Notes under the pieces: generated by a model
Databases searched by the model: none
Seen by the model: the letters and a program-made list of their open reading frames with translations, nothing else
Told to the model about the DNA's origin: nothing
Source of the DNA: Vicugna vicugna
Lineage: Eukaryota
Reading direction: 5' to 3'
Length of the DNA stretch: 64,000 bases
Assembly (NCBI GenBank): GCA_013265495.1
Contig: MU057786.1
Coordinates: 1-64,000 of the forward strand
Shown: one piece after another, positions 27,750-40,951 of the stretch
Numbering within the stretch: position 1 is the stretch's first letter
How the letters are laid out: the number at the start of each line of letters is the position of its first letter
Translations under genes and position numbers: made by a program

Positions 27750-28178
27750 ATTCACTTTCCATTTAATCTCCGCTCTTCACCCATCTCCACCCACTGGCTG
27801 CCCCCCAGAGGCTGACCTGTTAAGACAGCATCAGCCAGCTCCTTCCTCCTCTGGCTTCTGCTAGGGTTTGGCCAATAGGGAGCATCAGCTGGAGGTGACA
27901 CACGGAAGAGAGAGCATCTGAGGTGTTTGTTCCGCCAGCCACCGAGGGTCTCACCTTCCACTCAGCCTCTCTGTCTCCAGGTTTTGTCCTTCAGGCCCAG
28001 GGGAGATGACAGCCCTATTGTTCCTAGTTCCTAGTCTCTACTCCCAGAGGACCACACTGTCCATGATGGTTATTCTACACCTTATTCACACCTTTGTAAA
28101 TAGTCCCTTTATGAAACCCTCTTCAAATTACCCAACCGAGTGTGTCATCTGTTTTCTGCCAGGATCCTGACCAGTATC
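27750..28178 (+). mobile_element. LTR33-like ERVL LTR
   Basis: GGGTTTGGCCAATAGGG...CACACCTTTGTAAATAGTCCCTTTAT...CATCTGTTTTCTGCCAGGATCCTGAC. Confidence 0.65.
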
Positions 28179-28523
28179 ATTCCTGAAGAGATAGGGAGTA
28201 ACCTACCCAAGTGTAAGAGTCCGTGGGTGGCATAAGCAGGCTGGGGAACAGGTCTGTCTGCATACTTTGCCAGGTCAGACTGCACTGCCCATGAAGGAGG
28301 CTCCTTGAGGAGTGGGCCAGTTGGGCACCCAGCACGAGGTCTAGCCCTGGACCTGGGGAACGGACTCTTCTCCTGCTCCATGCCCTAGGCTGCTGCACAT
28401 CCAGAGCTCATTCCTCCTTTGTATTTCCTGAAGTTGGTGTGTGTCCTCTTCATTATTCAAACACTAAACATTTGCCCAGGAAGTCTTTTTCGCAGAGCCC
28501 AGAGCAACCTCCCTAATGGCTCT

Positions 28524-28990
28524 TGTGGTAGTTTGTAAAACATGGCCACAAATTCTCGAGATTCTCTCCATCGGGAGTGGAGTCTAATTCCCCTTCCTTT
28601 GAATATGATTTGCCCCTAGTAATTTGCTTCTAACAAATAGAATACAAAGGAAGTGATGCAGCATGACTTCCGAGGCGAGTTCATAAAAGCAGATCGGCTT
28701 CTGCCTGCCTCTCTCCTCTTGGGACACTCATTTATGAGATCCAGCTGCCAGGCTGTGAGGAGTCCACATGGAGAGAGCACATTCAGGTGTTGGCAGCTGA
28801 AACCCCAGCTGAGGTTCTAGCCATGAGAAAGCCTTCAGGTCCCAGCCGGGGTTTGACTACAATTACATGAGAGATGCCATCAAGAACTCCTGAGCTGAGG
28901 TAGGCAGGAACTGAGAAAAAAAAAAAAAAGGTTCCCATTGTTTTAAGTCACTAAGTTTTGGGTTGGTGTGTGACAAAGCAGTAGAAAATG
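28524..28990 (+). mobile_element. MLT1 (MaLR) solo LTR
   Basis: TGTGGTAGTTTGTAAAACATGGCCACAAATTC start; TTGTTTTAAGTCACTAAGTTTTGGG end. Confidence 0.75.
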
Positions 28991-29312
28991 TCTTAACTCC
29001 TTTCTGCATAGGAGTGGTGGATTTACCAATATTGATTCTCTCTGAGAGATCCAGTGTATTCCGGGAGACCACTCTTCTCTAATTCTCTTTAAAAAATCTC
29101 AAGATCTCCACCTATTAGTTCCACCATGATTGTCCTGGATTTTGCTCCTGGATACTTGAAAAGTTGGTAAGTTCTTGGGATCGAATGTGCCTGAATTTTT
29201 CAGAACAAGATCATGTTCTAGGACTTGCTTTTTTCACCAAGTGATGTATTGTTGACAACTTTCCAAGTAAGTAATTATAGATACCCTGCTTTTTAAAAAA
29301 AATCTTCATCGA

Positions 29313-29425
29313 GGGGGAGGGTATAACTCAAATGGTAGAGTGCATGCTTAGCATATATGAGGTCCTGGGTTCAATCCCCAGTACCTCATCTAAGAATAAA
29401 TAAATAAATAAATCTAATTACCTCC

Positions 29426-29462
<37 letters not shown>
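29313..29462 (+). mobile_element. tRNA-derived SINE ending in (CA)n microsatellite
   Basis: A/B boxes, (TAAA)n, CTAATTACCTCCC, then a (CA) repeat at ~29428-29462. Confidence 0.9.
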
Positions 29463-29463
<1 letters not shown>

Positions 29464-29841
29464 GTCATAGTAATAAACTCAGTTTTTAAGAGTTTTCCCA
29501 AGCTGAATATGCCACCAGATAACACCCACATACTACTGGAGAATTTATTAATTCATTCATTTATACATTCATTCTCTCATCTGTTTATTTAAAAAACCAC
29601 AAAATGTTCACTACATGCCTAGGGGTAGTTTTGAGAATATCAAGAACTTTTTAGAATGCTAAGTCTGATTTTATAGAGATCATTTTTGCTTAAGTTAATC
29701 AGAGCTGGTTTTTTGTTTTGCAACAAAGAGCCCTGAATAGAATGGCAATTCCTACAAGGTGTGAGGTGTAAGCAAGAGACTCTCAGGGAAATGGAGAGAA
29801 TCGAAAACTGGTCATCTTCCCTTAATTGGGGTTAAGATAAT

Positions 29842-30712
29842 TGTGGTAGGCAGCCTTTAAGATGGCTCCCAAAGATCCCTGCCTCCTGCTATTCATGCTA
29901 TTTTATAAACTGGACCTAGTGAACATTCTTCTAACGAATATTCTAATATGGCAAAAGTGATGGGATATCACTTCCATGATGAGATTACAAGAGACTGTAA
30001 CTTCGTTTTGCCCCATTGTCTTCTATATTTGCACTTTTTTTTTTACATTTTTATTGATTCATAATCATTTTACAGTGTTGTGTCAAATTCCAGTGTTCAG
30101 TACAATTTTTCAGTCATACATGGACATATACACACTCATTGTCACATTACATTCTCTGTGATTTATCATAACATTTTGTGTATATTTCCCTGTGCTATAC
30201 AGTGTAATCTTGTTTATCTGTTCTACAATTTTGAAATCCCAGTCACCACATATGAGCGATCTCATATGGTATTTTTCTTTCTCTTTCTGGCTTACTTCAT
30301 TTAGAATGACATTCTCTAGGAGCATCCATGTTGCTGCAAATGGCATTATGTTGTCGGTTTTTATGGCTGAGTAGTATTCCATTGTATAAATATACCACAT
30401 CTTCTTTATCCAGTCACCTGTTAATGAAGCAAACTGACATGTTGGAGAGGTCCAAATGACAAGGAACTGAGGGGGACTGAATCATGTCAACAACCATGTG
30501 AGCTTGAATATGGATCCTTTTCCATCAAGCCTTCAGATGAGATCACAGCCTCAACTGACACCTTGATTGCCACCTTGTGAGAGACCCTGACATACAGGAT
30601 GCATATAGATTGTGCCCAAATTCCTGACTCACAGATACCGCAAGATAATTGCATGTTGTTTTAAGCCCCTAAGTTGCAGGGTAATTTGTTATTCACCAAT
30701 AGATAACTAACT
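29842..30712 (+). mobile_element. MLT1 (MaLR) LTR interrupted by a young L1 3' fragment (~30035-30425, - strand)
   Basis: TGTGGTAGGCAGCCTTTAAGATGGCTCCC start; TTTTAAGCCCCTAAG...AATAGATAACTAA end; nested [14 protein letters not shown] remnant. Confidence 0.8.
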
Positions 30713-31305
30713 CAGTAATTATTTAGGGATGGGAACTTGCAAGTTATGGCATGTGATGATGAAATAAGTAATTTAACTATTGCTTAGGGTTGTCTGTAAT
30801 AAAGTATCCATTGAGACAAGGCTCTGGGGAACCCAGTGGCTGACACCAAAAACCAGTATATAGAAAATAAGGTTCAAGGACTATGGCTGATGCCATTGCT
30901 TTGAATTCTGCTGGACAATTTAAGGTAAGAGATTGATAAGCACAAGTTCATGAATTCTTCTTCTTCCACTTCTTTTTACTTTTACTTTTCCATTCTCTTC
31001 TCTTCCCTTACTGTCCTGAAAAATTCAATCCTACGGGCATTAGCAGAACAGAGCAAGGAAGGCATTTGTGCCTGGAATGGAAGGAACTCTGGAGGCACAG
31101 AGTGACTGGTGACTGAATTGGGTAAGGAAGGCATGTGTATAGGAGGGCTACCTGGCATGGAGAGTCTGAACTTGAGCTGACTGAGGAGGGTGTTACCCTA
31201 AGAAGGTGACCTAACATAGGTGTTAGAGCCCAAGAAGGGTGAGAAGGACAGCACTGCCAAGGAGTAGTTCAGTGAGGGCATCATAGCCTGAGCATGATAC
31301 TGAAT

Positions 31306-31975
31306 GTGTATTAGTTATCTCTTGCTGCGTAAGAAATGACCCCTAAATTTGATCCCTACATTAGAACAATGATCTTTTACTGTCTTAGTTTCTGTGGGTC
31401 AGGAATTGAGACAGGGCACAGCAGGAATGGCTTGTCTCTGTTCTGTGATGTGTGGAGCCCTGGCTGGCAGACTCGATGGACAGAGGGCTGAAATCATCTG
31501 AGGGCTTGGCTGAGGCTGGGAGATCTGCTTCTAAAGTGGTTCACTTCATGCTTGTGAAGTCAGTGTTAACAAGTTGGTTTCTTTCCATGTGGGCCTATCC
31601 AGATGTGGCTCCCTCCAAAAGACTATTGAGTGTCCTCACGACATGGCAGCTAGCTTCCCTGAGAGCCAGGGATCCCAGAGAGTGAGCCAGGAAGAAGTGA
31701 TCCTTTTTATGACCTAGTCTAGAAAGTCATATGGCATTGTTTCTAGCACGTTTTATTCATTAGAAGTGAGATGCTAAATCCAGCCCACAGTCAAGGAGAG
31801 GGAAATTAGGTCACCTTTTTTTTTTTTTTTTTTTAGTGGAGGTATTGGGGATTGAACCCAGGACCTCATGCTTGCTAAGCATGCACTCTACCACTGAGCT
31901 ATACCCACCTTCCTTGGTCCACCTTTAAATAGGAGGAGTATCAAAGAATTTGAAGACATATTCAAAGACCACTAT
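31306..31975 (-). mobile_element. MLT1 (MaLR) LTR
   Basis: TGTATTAGTTATCTCTTGCTGCGTAA...TTTCTGTGGGTCAGGAATT...ACATGGCAGCTAGCTTCCC. Confidence 0.7.
31816..31913 (-). mobile_element. tRNA-derived SINE, short form, within a MaLR LTR
   Basis: Poly-T then GGGGATTGAACCCAGGACCTCATGC...CTACCACTGAGCTATACCC; flanked by GGT(C)CACCTTT repeats. Confidence 0.9.
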
Positions 31976-32249
31976 AGAAGACACGGAGGGGCAGCCTGGT
32001 GTATGAGCAGGGTGAGGGGGGTATACACACAGAGGGGAAGCTAGTGTGGGTTTACAGAGCCTGAGCAGGATGAAGAAGACATCCATGTGGGAGAGAGAGA
32101 GAGAGAGATTGGTATAGGGAGTTGGGGCCCAAGTGTGTTTGATGAAGACATCTGTGCTTCTGTGTGGTGGAAGCAGTGGTGAAGATAGTTTGCATATAAA
32201 GGATTGATCACATGAGTGAGCTATTAAGGATAATTGGAGTTTCTCACTG

Positions 32250-33370
32250 TCAGAAGAGTGAGTTACAAATACGGAAAGGGAGAAAAATAACATAAATTGT
32301 GTGATATTGGAGGTATGAGTGTGAACTCACAGTTTTCAGAATAGATAGATAGATGTGTGTGTGTGTGTCCGTTTCGTATTGCTGTCTAGGGGGCCTGGAA
32401 GAGCAGAGTCCTAATAGCCATGAGCATACCTAGCACCCAGAAATACTATTCCCGTAAAAAAGAACCAGTGTTCCTTAGAGAAATGGCAGATTCCAGGCTT
32501 AGAGCAGGGAATATACAAGATAAGTTCAAAACATCTTTTTGCCCCAGAAAGCAAGGATTTGCTCAAAGAATGTTGGGAATGTGTCTGAAAGACCTATGAA
32601 CTAGAATCCTGCTGGCCAAATCTGGGACAATTTGAGCCAGTCAAAGGAAATAATGACATTAGGAAAGTAAAACCCATTAAAATAAAATAGGAAAGCATGA
32701 GTCTATACTATATATATTAATATCAAGTAAACTAATGAGGAATGGACAATTTACAGAGGTTCAAAGTAGCCGCAAAATACTTGTTAATTTCAAAGGGGAA
32801 AATGCGACTTTACAGTGGAGAGTCCTGGCAGACACTATCTTACTTAAGTGGTCAAAGCAAACATCGCCAGTGATAATGACAAATCAGAATCATGCACCAT
32901 CTGATTGGTGCAGATAGAAGCACACAGTAGCACTTTGGTGATAACCCCGATCTAATCATGAGGAAACAGCAGACAAAACCAAAATTGGGAGCTACAACAA
33001 AATAACTGAACTCTAACCTCCCCAAAATGTCAAGGATACAAAAAGCTAGAGAAAGACAGAATTGTTCCAGAGTAAAGATTAAAAGGACATGACACTAAAT
33101 GCCGTGTGCCAGGGAGGAGGGCATAGCTCAAATGGTAGACACATGCTTGGCATGCACGTGGTCCTGGATTCAATCCCCAGTACTTCCATTAAAAAAAATT
33201 ATAAAAAAGAATAGAAGCAATGTGCCCAGTCTGCACTGGATCCTATTATTCTCAAGGACATTACTAAGACATTTGGCAAAGCTTGAATGGAGTCTGAGGA
33301 TTAGATGGTGGTAATGTTGATTTCCTGACTTTAATGTAAGTGGCTTTTTTTGTAGGAAATACACCCTAAC
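32250..33370 (+). mobile_element. L1MC-like 3' UTR remnant
   Basis: TTTACAGTGGAGAGTCCTGGCAGACAC...CTAATCATGAGGAAACAGCAGACAAAACCAAA. Confidence 0.6.
33112..33212 (+). mobile_element. tRNA-derived SINE, short form
   Basis: GGCATAGCTCAAATGGTAG...GGATTCAATCCCCAGTAC plus A tail. Confidence 0.85.
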
Positions 33371-34384
33371 TTAGTGTTACATGAAAGAAGTAGGCTCTAG
33401 TATCTTAAGCATCCATAACATAATATGAATTAACTCTCCCTGAGCATAATGATACTAATTATGTGCCATTCTTGGGGGGAACTGGAATAAATTGTCACTC
33501 AAATCATATTCTCCTCTTCTGTCATTAAGGTGAGGACCCTGGTTGAGAAAGGCTACACTTTAGTATTATAAGATGATCATGTTAGCAACTTCCTCTCAAA
33601 TAGTTTCGGGAAGAAAATAAAAGTAAGTCTGAGATTGTTTTGAGGTTAAAGGAGGGAAAGAAATAAAATGTTATAAAAATCTTTTTGGCTTTAGACACGA
33701 TAAAAACCTCTATTTGCAAGTATTCCATTCCTTTAAAAATACATACAGAGGAAAAGATTTGGATAAAGTATAAAATCACAGGAAACGAAGCCAAAGTCTG
33801 ATAAAATGGAGGAGAAATTGGTGACACACAGTTACAAAGTTGGAGACTCACCACATCAAATTTTCCTTGAACCCTCTGCCCACTGTTTTTGCTCCATAAG
33901 TTAATAGCTAGCTCAGAAATTTCATGTTATATACAGTCTTACCTCTGCTCACTTCACATAATGGTGAAATCATTTATTTAATAAAAACAATATCAGAGAA
34001 AGGGATTGCCTCCAGAGAACACAGTAGGAAAACCATTTGCTCAAAGTGACTGAGAATTCTTTGAGAAATGAAATCACATAACCTGGGATTGTGCTAAAAG
34101 AACCTCTCACCTCTTGTAGCCACATGGCTGAGGTAGCCAAAAATCAGACCCAAAATCTGAGCAGTAATTTGATAAATTACACTCTTAGTTGAATTCATAG
34201 CCTCGCTGTTTCTTACAAGGCAGTGATGAGGATTCCCAAAAGTGCAGTGAGGTTCTCACTATCCTAACCACACTCAGCCTCATTTGTCTGAGGAATCACC
34301 TGCTTGAAGACCCTTTAGAGACTCTGGAGCGAGTTAGTTGCAAGAGGCCAATCCCACCCGGTGTTGGATCTACACCTACTACAG

Positions 34385-34562
34385 GAACAATGGTTCTCAG
34401 CCTTGGCTACATACTGAATCACCGAGAGAGTCTTAAAAAATACTGTTATCTCTGGCTTGCATGGCTAGAAATTTTGATTTAATTTTTCTGGGGTCCAGTT
34501 TAATTTGGGTCTTAGCAGCTCCCAAAGAGATTCTAACTTGCAGCCAAGATTGAGAACTACTG
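34385..34562. mobile_element. MER5-type DNA transposon
   Basis: TGGTTCTCAGCCTTGGCT...TGCAGCCAAGATTGAGAACTACTG inverted termini. Confidence 0.7.
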
Positions 34563-36539
34563 AACCACAGAGATCAGACCCAGCATGTCCAGAAGTCAGG
34601 TTGCAACATAAAACCCAGGAGCAGCCTTCTATGCAAAAAGATTTCAAGATTAGCTAATTCACATCAGCAGCTTACATTATTTGGAATTCTTCTGCATGGG
34701 AGATTTGCTGCTTCTTTCCCATTTATTTATTTCTTCAATCATTTATATCAGCATGGACTCATGGATATTTATTTTATATTTTGGGTCACCATCCAACACT
34801 ACCTTTATTGTTCAAATTGCTCCAGCTTTAGCCATTGGAAACTCTTTCAATTGGCTTCTGGGTCCCTTTGCCACCCCCAGAATTGTGGAGTTTTGTTTGT
34901 TTTTCAGTGCTTCCTTACTTTCTGGCACTACAAGATGCTCCAGGCTTATCTTGCACATTTGTTTCCCCAGTCCTAGAATCAGCATTTCTCCAAGGGGCCC
35001 TGGCTCCTTTTATTGGACAATGGAATGAAACCAAGATCTGAGAGCTAGGTGTAATTTTTATATCCCGCTACCCTAAAAGAAAACCCCCAAATTAAATTTT
35101 ATAAAACCTGAGTTTCCAGGGCCAACAACCCCAGATTGGCACGTGCCCAACCTTAGAATTGCTTTCCTGGATGTCCTTTGAGAGTTTGAGTTGGAGGCTG
35201 TCCTGACCATCATCCTTCAGGTGGGCAACGGCCTGGCTCTGGGGGGCACTGATAAAACTAACAAATGATGGTGTAGTAAGTACTCGAAGAGAGGAAAGTA
35301 AAGATGCACAGAAGGAGAAATTAATGCGGTGGGGAGGAGCTGAAAGAAATTTCAAGCCTTGAGAGCTGCTCAGAAAGTACTGCTTGAGCCCAGACACTGA
35401 GCCTGTCATCTCTTAGACCCCATGCTCCCGGTACCCCTAACCCGACCTGCCACCTGGCCCACAGCAACCCTCCATCAGCATCCTGCTGATGGTCCCACTC
35501 CACTGAGCTCAGAGCAGCCCACAGAATATTAGCAGAGCCCTCAGTTTGGGAAGCCCGGAAGCAATTCTCCAGCCCTGCTGCTTGTCCTAGGCAGAAGAAT
35601 ACTGCCAAGTTTCTGACACCTAAGAATCTACTCTGTGGGCCTTCTGGGGATTTCTGAATTATCCTTGGTGACATCCCCACTGAAAGCAGCATTTGGGAGA
35701 TGACCTCCAAGATGAAGTTATTAAAGGGGTCCTCCAGTCAGCGCTGGACTAATGGAGGTGAAGAGGGCACAGAGAATAGCAAAGTCAAGGCCCTGTCCCA
35801 GGATCGTGCCAGTCATGGGGACTGAGACAAACTCAACGAAGGCAAAGGCTAGGAGGCAGCTGGCTCCAGGTCAGAAGGTTCAACCAGTTGCTGTAGCAGT
35901 TGTGAGATGATGACCCCTGGCTGGGTGGAGGGCAGTGGGGGAGAGCTGCAAGGGAAGCGGGGTGGGCATTCCTGCAGGCAGCTCACTGCTAACAAAGACA
36001 CTGAAGCTGGATTGCCCAGGTACAAGTAGGCCAGCTTGGCAGGAGAAAGGGAATAAGCAGGGAAGTGGAGTCTGGGGAGCTTTTGAAATGGGATTCTTAA
36101 ATCTGGGCCTGGATAGATTTCCTGGCCTGGAGCCTGAAACCAGGTGCAAAGTTGGGAGATCGCATTTTTCAGGGCACAGAATTAACAGGGCATAGCCTTT
36201 TTTCAAAGGTTGAAACCAGTGAGTCTCTGCACCTGTCAGGAGATCCACTGCGGCTTCTGACCAGAGACATAAAACTCAGAAGCTGCCTGGGATCAGACCT
36301 TACAGTTTATCCAAGAGGCTTTAAGTCTCCTGGCCCTTAACTCACTTGGGCCTCCTAAAGCTCTTTCGGGAGGGGGAAAGGGGGCCTGGTATTATTGTCC
36401 TCATTTTACTAAAACTGACAACTCATTTCCTTTCTACAATCCCAGGGATCCTCTTGGAGGTGTCTCCGTGATTCCAGAGAAAATGGTGCACAGACTGAGG
36501 TGAGTTCGGGAGAAGACCCGGCATGCAAACATTCTCCAG

Positions 36540-38060
36540 GGGAGACCTGGTCTCGAGGGAAGCCACCGCCTGGGGAAGCCTAGGACGCACGCGGCTAATT
36601 ACAACCGAGACTACAACTTTGTAGAATGCCGTCGGGGGTCACTGAGAGGCCACAGACCCGGAGTCCTCCGGTTTGCCATGTCGATCAGCTTCAGCGGGAC
36701 CAAGATAGCAATGCATACGTCAGGCAGGAGGAAAGGGGAACGTAGCAAACCGCGCAGGAACCATGCATCTGGCGTCAGAGCCGGGGGCAGCGCGGTGCAA
36801 GGCTGGATAGGCTCTGCGCCTGGCCTGGGGCGCCCAGGGCCTGCTGCAGACGGCGGCTCCGCTCCCACACTTCCTCCTTGAGCTGCACATGCCGCACCTC
36901 GATGGGACGCAGCGGGAGGGAAGCACGGAGGTGCGGGGTGTCCATTTGGACTTAAAGCCCTCAGATACGGAGATTAAAGCCCAGGTGGCGGTGGACTGGC
37001 CAATCCTACTATCGCTAGCCGGCCCCCAGCGGCTCCCGAGCATTGCGAGGGACAGCAGAGCCGGTGCGCTCGAGCGAAGGCGGCTGCCCGGCTTTATTCC
37101 GCCAGCAGGAGCCCAAGGACCCGCCTTCGTTCATAGAAACCCATCCGCTCCCCCGGCCGCGGCCGGATAGCACCGCGTAGCCGCCCGGCTGTTGATTAGT
37201 CCAGGAAGTGTCCGCGAGGTCACCCGCACAACAAAGGCGGCCCCAAGCGGCGCCTTCAGTCTTGTAAATACCCGGCCGGGTCCCTGGGCGAAGCGGAGCC
37301 CCGGGAGAGGAGCAGCCCAAGGATCCCGCCGCTACTCCGCTCCCCTCCCCCACGACTCTGGAGAGCATTCATTTGAAATGTTAATGTTTTGAAGCTTCCC
37401 TCTGTGCCTGGATCTGTCTCCTTGAAAGCGGGCTGAATGAAGCCTCTGGGGTTAATAAACAAACCGGCATTTGGTTTGGGTTAGAGCCGGGTAAATAGTT
37501 GTTGGTCTAAAAGAGAAAAACAGGTGTACCAGGACAAATGTGGGTAAATTATTACACAGCCCCGGCCACTCGCTTTAAAAAGATTGCTTTGTGCACCGAT
37601 TCCAGGAGTTGGAGAAGTTTCCTCAATTCACAGATCCTTATTTGCACCCTCCAGGCTGAGGGCCCCAGCCGTGCGTCTTTCCGCCGGCGCCTGGCTTGGA
37701 GGAAACCGGGTCACAGGTAGAGGGCGGGGCGGGCCCGCGCTCGGGCGGAGCCAAGCCCGGCCCCGCCCAGGAGCTGTCAGGCTGGATCCCCGCCCGCCGC
37801 TCTACCGACAACTGGTCGCTAGAATTCCGGATGTCGGCGGGGAAGCCCTGACCCCCGCTATGTTATGTGTCTCTGGCCCGTAGGCCTGTGTCTGCAGCGG
37901 GAGGACACATAGCGGGTGTCACAGCCGGTACTTTTTAAATGTCTTGGCCTACGGTTCCCTGTTCACATCCGTAGTTGTCGGGTTATTGCCAAAATAGCAC
38001 CATGTTGGATTCTTTGCCGCTAGCAATGGTAATAGTATCCGCGAACGCTTTGGCAGCGCT
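36540..38060. promoter_or_regulatory. Orphan CpG island ~13 kb upstream of the WAPL promoter
   Basis: CpG-rich, repeat-poor. GC boxes at ~37722 and ~37761, CCAAT at ~37000, ETS-like CAGGAAGTG at ~37202, GACTACAA half-site at ~36609. Confidence 0.75.
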
Positions 38061-39236
38061 GACACCGCCAGGCACTCTTCAAAGCCCTTCACAAGGAATA
38101 ATTTGTGAGGAGACGACTCAAGTCATCGATGCGCTTCTTTCTAGAACGGGTACATCACCTACTCTCCACACGTCCTCTCCAAGTGAGAGCAAATTGGGGC
38201 ACGCGCACAGGATATGGGGTTCCAATTGTGCAAGTTAGACTGCAAGGGCTCAGGGCTTGTGTGTGCTGTAAAGGGGATGTGGCGGTCACCAGGGCGCCAT
38301 TGTGGTCCTGGAACGATGCCAGGCCCCAACAATTCCCCAGCTTCAACGTTCTTTAATCCATTAAATCCTCCAAGCAGGCGCTGCCTGGTCTTCCAAAAGC
38401 ATTTCCCTTAAGCTGGGAAAACCCAACAGAGAAATGATCATTTTTCAACCCTGGGAGCCAACAACACTCATACATAATGAAGCAAGCCACACAAAGGAAA
38501 GAATTCTTTCCCACCCTCCTGGGAGAGGCCCCTCAGCCCAGGAAATCGTCAGGGCTGCCCAAACTATGGGCCAGGCTAGGGTATATTGGGGGTGGGAGTG
38601 GGGATTCACTGAGGAGCCCTCCTACCCACCCAAGAGCTGGAGTTTGTTGCTGTAAGAAATCCCAGCCCAGGTTATTCATTAGCATTTCTTAGGAATCCCA
38701 ATTCCTGTGTTTTCTCTGCCCCAAGTGCCAGTTGTGGGTCCCCTGGGCCAGCTGAGGGACACAGGGAAGGGTGGAAGAACAGCTTATACTAGAGGAGTCC
38801 TTTCTCCATCCCAGTAAAAGCATCTGGGTGCAGTCAGAGGACCAAGTGGACAGAGTGTGAAGAGACTGTATATCACTGGTTAAGACAAGGCACTGTAGCC
38901 CCAAATTGGTGAATAAGATTGAATAAGAATAAAATGGTCTTGTAGACACCTGTCGGCACCTCTACCCTCAGTGTTCACAGATGCATATCTCCTAGGGGCT
39001 CGTAGATCTGTTATATCTTCCTGCAAGGACTAGTCCATTCCTGACTCCAACCTGGCTGCTTCCTCTAAACACCCCTGAAGTGTCAACCAGATCCTTACTC
39101 CTCCAGGCAGGCCTGGACCTCTGCTTTAAGAACAGCCAAAGGATGGGGTTCCTCTACCTGACCTGATATCAAGGGCCCAGAATAGCACACGTTTCATACC
39201 TGTGACCTTTGGAGAAAGACAGACACCTAAATAATT

Positions 39237-39392
39237 GGGATGGGGGTGTAGCCCAAGTGGTAGAGTGCAATGCTTAGCATACATGAGATCCTGGGTCTAA
39301 TCCTGAGTACCTCCTCTAAAAATAAAGAAATAAACCTAACTGCCTTCCCTCCCAAAACAAACAAACAAAAACAACAACAAAAGATAAATAAA
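39237..39392 (+). mobile_element. tRNA-derived SINE
   Basis: GGTGTAGCCCAAGTGGTAGAG head, AAACCTAAC tail; flanking TAAATAATTGGG / TAAATAGTTGGG. Confidence 0.85.
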
Positions 39393-40374
39393 TAGTTGGG
39401 TGACCTTGGGCAAATAATTTATCTTTGACAGTATTCCTTAAGTTTCCCATCAGCAGAGTAGTCAGATAATAGAGCATCCCTGAAAAGGAGATACAGGGAA
39501 ATCTGCATTGTAAACTCAGCATCTGCTCACATGTTCTCCTGAGGCTCTACTATATGGTAGCAGAGATGGTAATGTCATTATCACACTGTCATCTGCCCTG
39601 GAAGTAAAATACTTGAAACTGAATCACACTGGCATCCTGGCTAGGGTGAGCAGCAGTCAAAGGCATATTGGCTTTCAGAGCAGGTGACAACCCGGAGGCC
39701 TGTCTCAAGTCATTGTAGCCAAGCAGTCAGCTAACACCACCTTACTTTAGGATAGATCTTGCTCCCAGCAGGGTATCCCAGTGCCCCCTGCCCAGGAGAT
39801 GAGCCCAAGCAGATCTTCACTGACATTCAATAGCCTTATTCTGCTTCCATTGTTTTCATCTCAAAGATATTAATCCCTAGCCTGCCTGTGGCTATCAGAA
39901 TTCTATTTCAACACTTCCAAGAGTAATATATACACTCATATCCATTTTCCAAATTTATTAGAAAAAGGCACAAAACTCCAATTTGACCAAAACTCAATAG
40001 GCCTATTTTCTGTATCCACTTTTAAATTAGAACCTATGGAAATACAGAATAGAGGATGACTGACTTATATGGAAAGGTGTATGATTCATGATAAGGTTCC
40101 ACAAGTGGAGAGAGAGAAGGACTTTCCAGGCAGAGGGGACTGCATGAGTCCGTCAACGAAGGCTTGAGGCCCTTGAGTAGCCTGATACAGCTAGAGAGGA
40201 GAGGACACAGAACTGGAGGTGTGGTCAACGCCACTGCCAGTGCCGATGGATATGAACTCATTTCTGGTAGACAGTGGGAACTACCAAAGTTTTTTTTAAA
40301 AAAAGATTTAAGTAGTTTATTACATTTATGTTTTAGAATGATCAGTCTGGGGCTGTGCAAGCATGGATGCATTT

Positions 40375-40882
40375 TTTTAAAATAGACTTTTTTTAAGAAC
40401 AGTTTAAGGTTCACAGAAAAATTGAGCATGTAATACAGAGAATTCCCGTATCTATCCCTCTCCACCCTGCCACAGCTTATTATTAATGTCTTGCATTAGG
40501 GTGGTATGTTTGTTATAAGTAATGAACCAATACCGATACCCTGTTAACTAAAGTCCCTAGTTTACATTAGGGTTCACTCTCGGTGTTTTACAGTTCAGTA
40601 GCTTTGACAAATATGTAATACCATGTACCCACCATTACAGTAAAATATAGAATCATTTCACCACCCTAAAAAAATCCCCTGTGCTTCACCTAGTCATTAC
40701 TCCTCCTCCCTCCCCATAAATCTCTTGGTGATTACTTTATCTTAACTCATCTTGCTTTTGCAGAACATCATATAGTTGAAATCATATGTTATGTGGACTT
40801 TTCAGACTGGCTTCTTTATCTTAGTAATATGCATTTAAGGTTCTTTCATGTCTTTTTGTGGCTTGATGGCTCATTTCTTTTG
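40375..40882 (-). mobile_element. L1MD/L1MC-like 3' end
   Basis: CAGTTTAAGGTTCACAGAAAAATTGAGC...GTTTACATTAGGGTTCACTCT. Confidence 0.75.
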
Positions 40883-40951
40883 GTAAGTCTGCTTTTCTAT
40901 GTTTCATTTCAATAAATATTTACTGAACTTCTATAGCAACTTCTATATATT

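Noticed and set aside
37805..37926. H/ACA snoRNA interpretation of the two hairpins followed by ACA
   Set aside because: No ANANNA H box in the hinge and the first hairpin is too short.
37975..38356. Possible foreign or coding insert with unusual CpG content
   Set aside because: Part resembles a decayed MIR (GCCAGGCACTCTTCAAAGCCCTTCACA) at a CpG-island shore; the ORFs are short with no homology I recognise.
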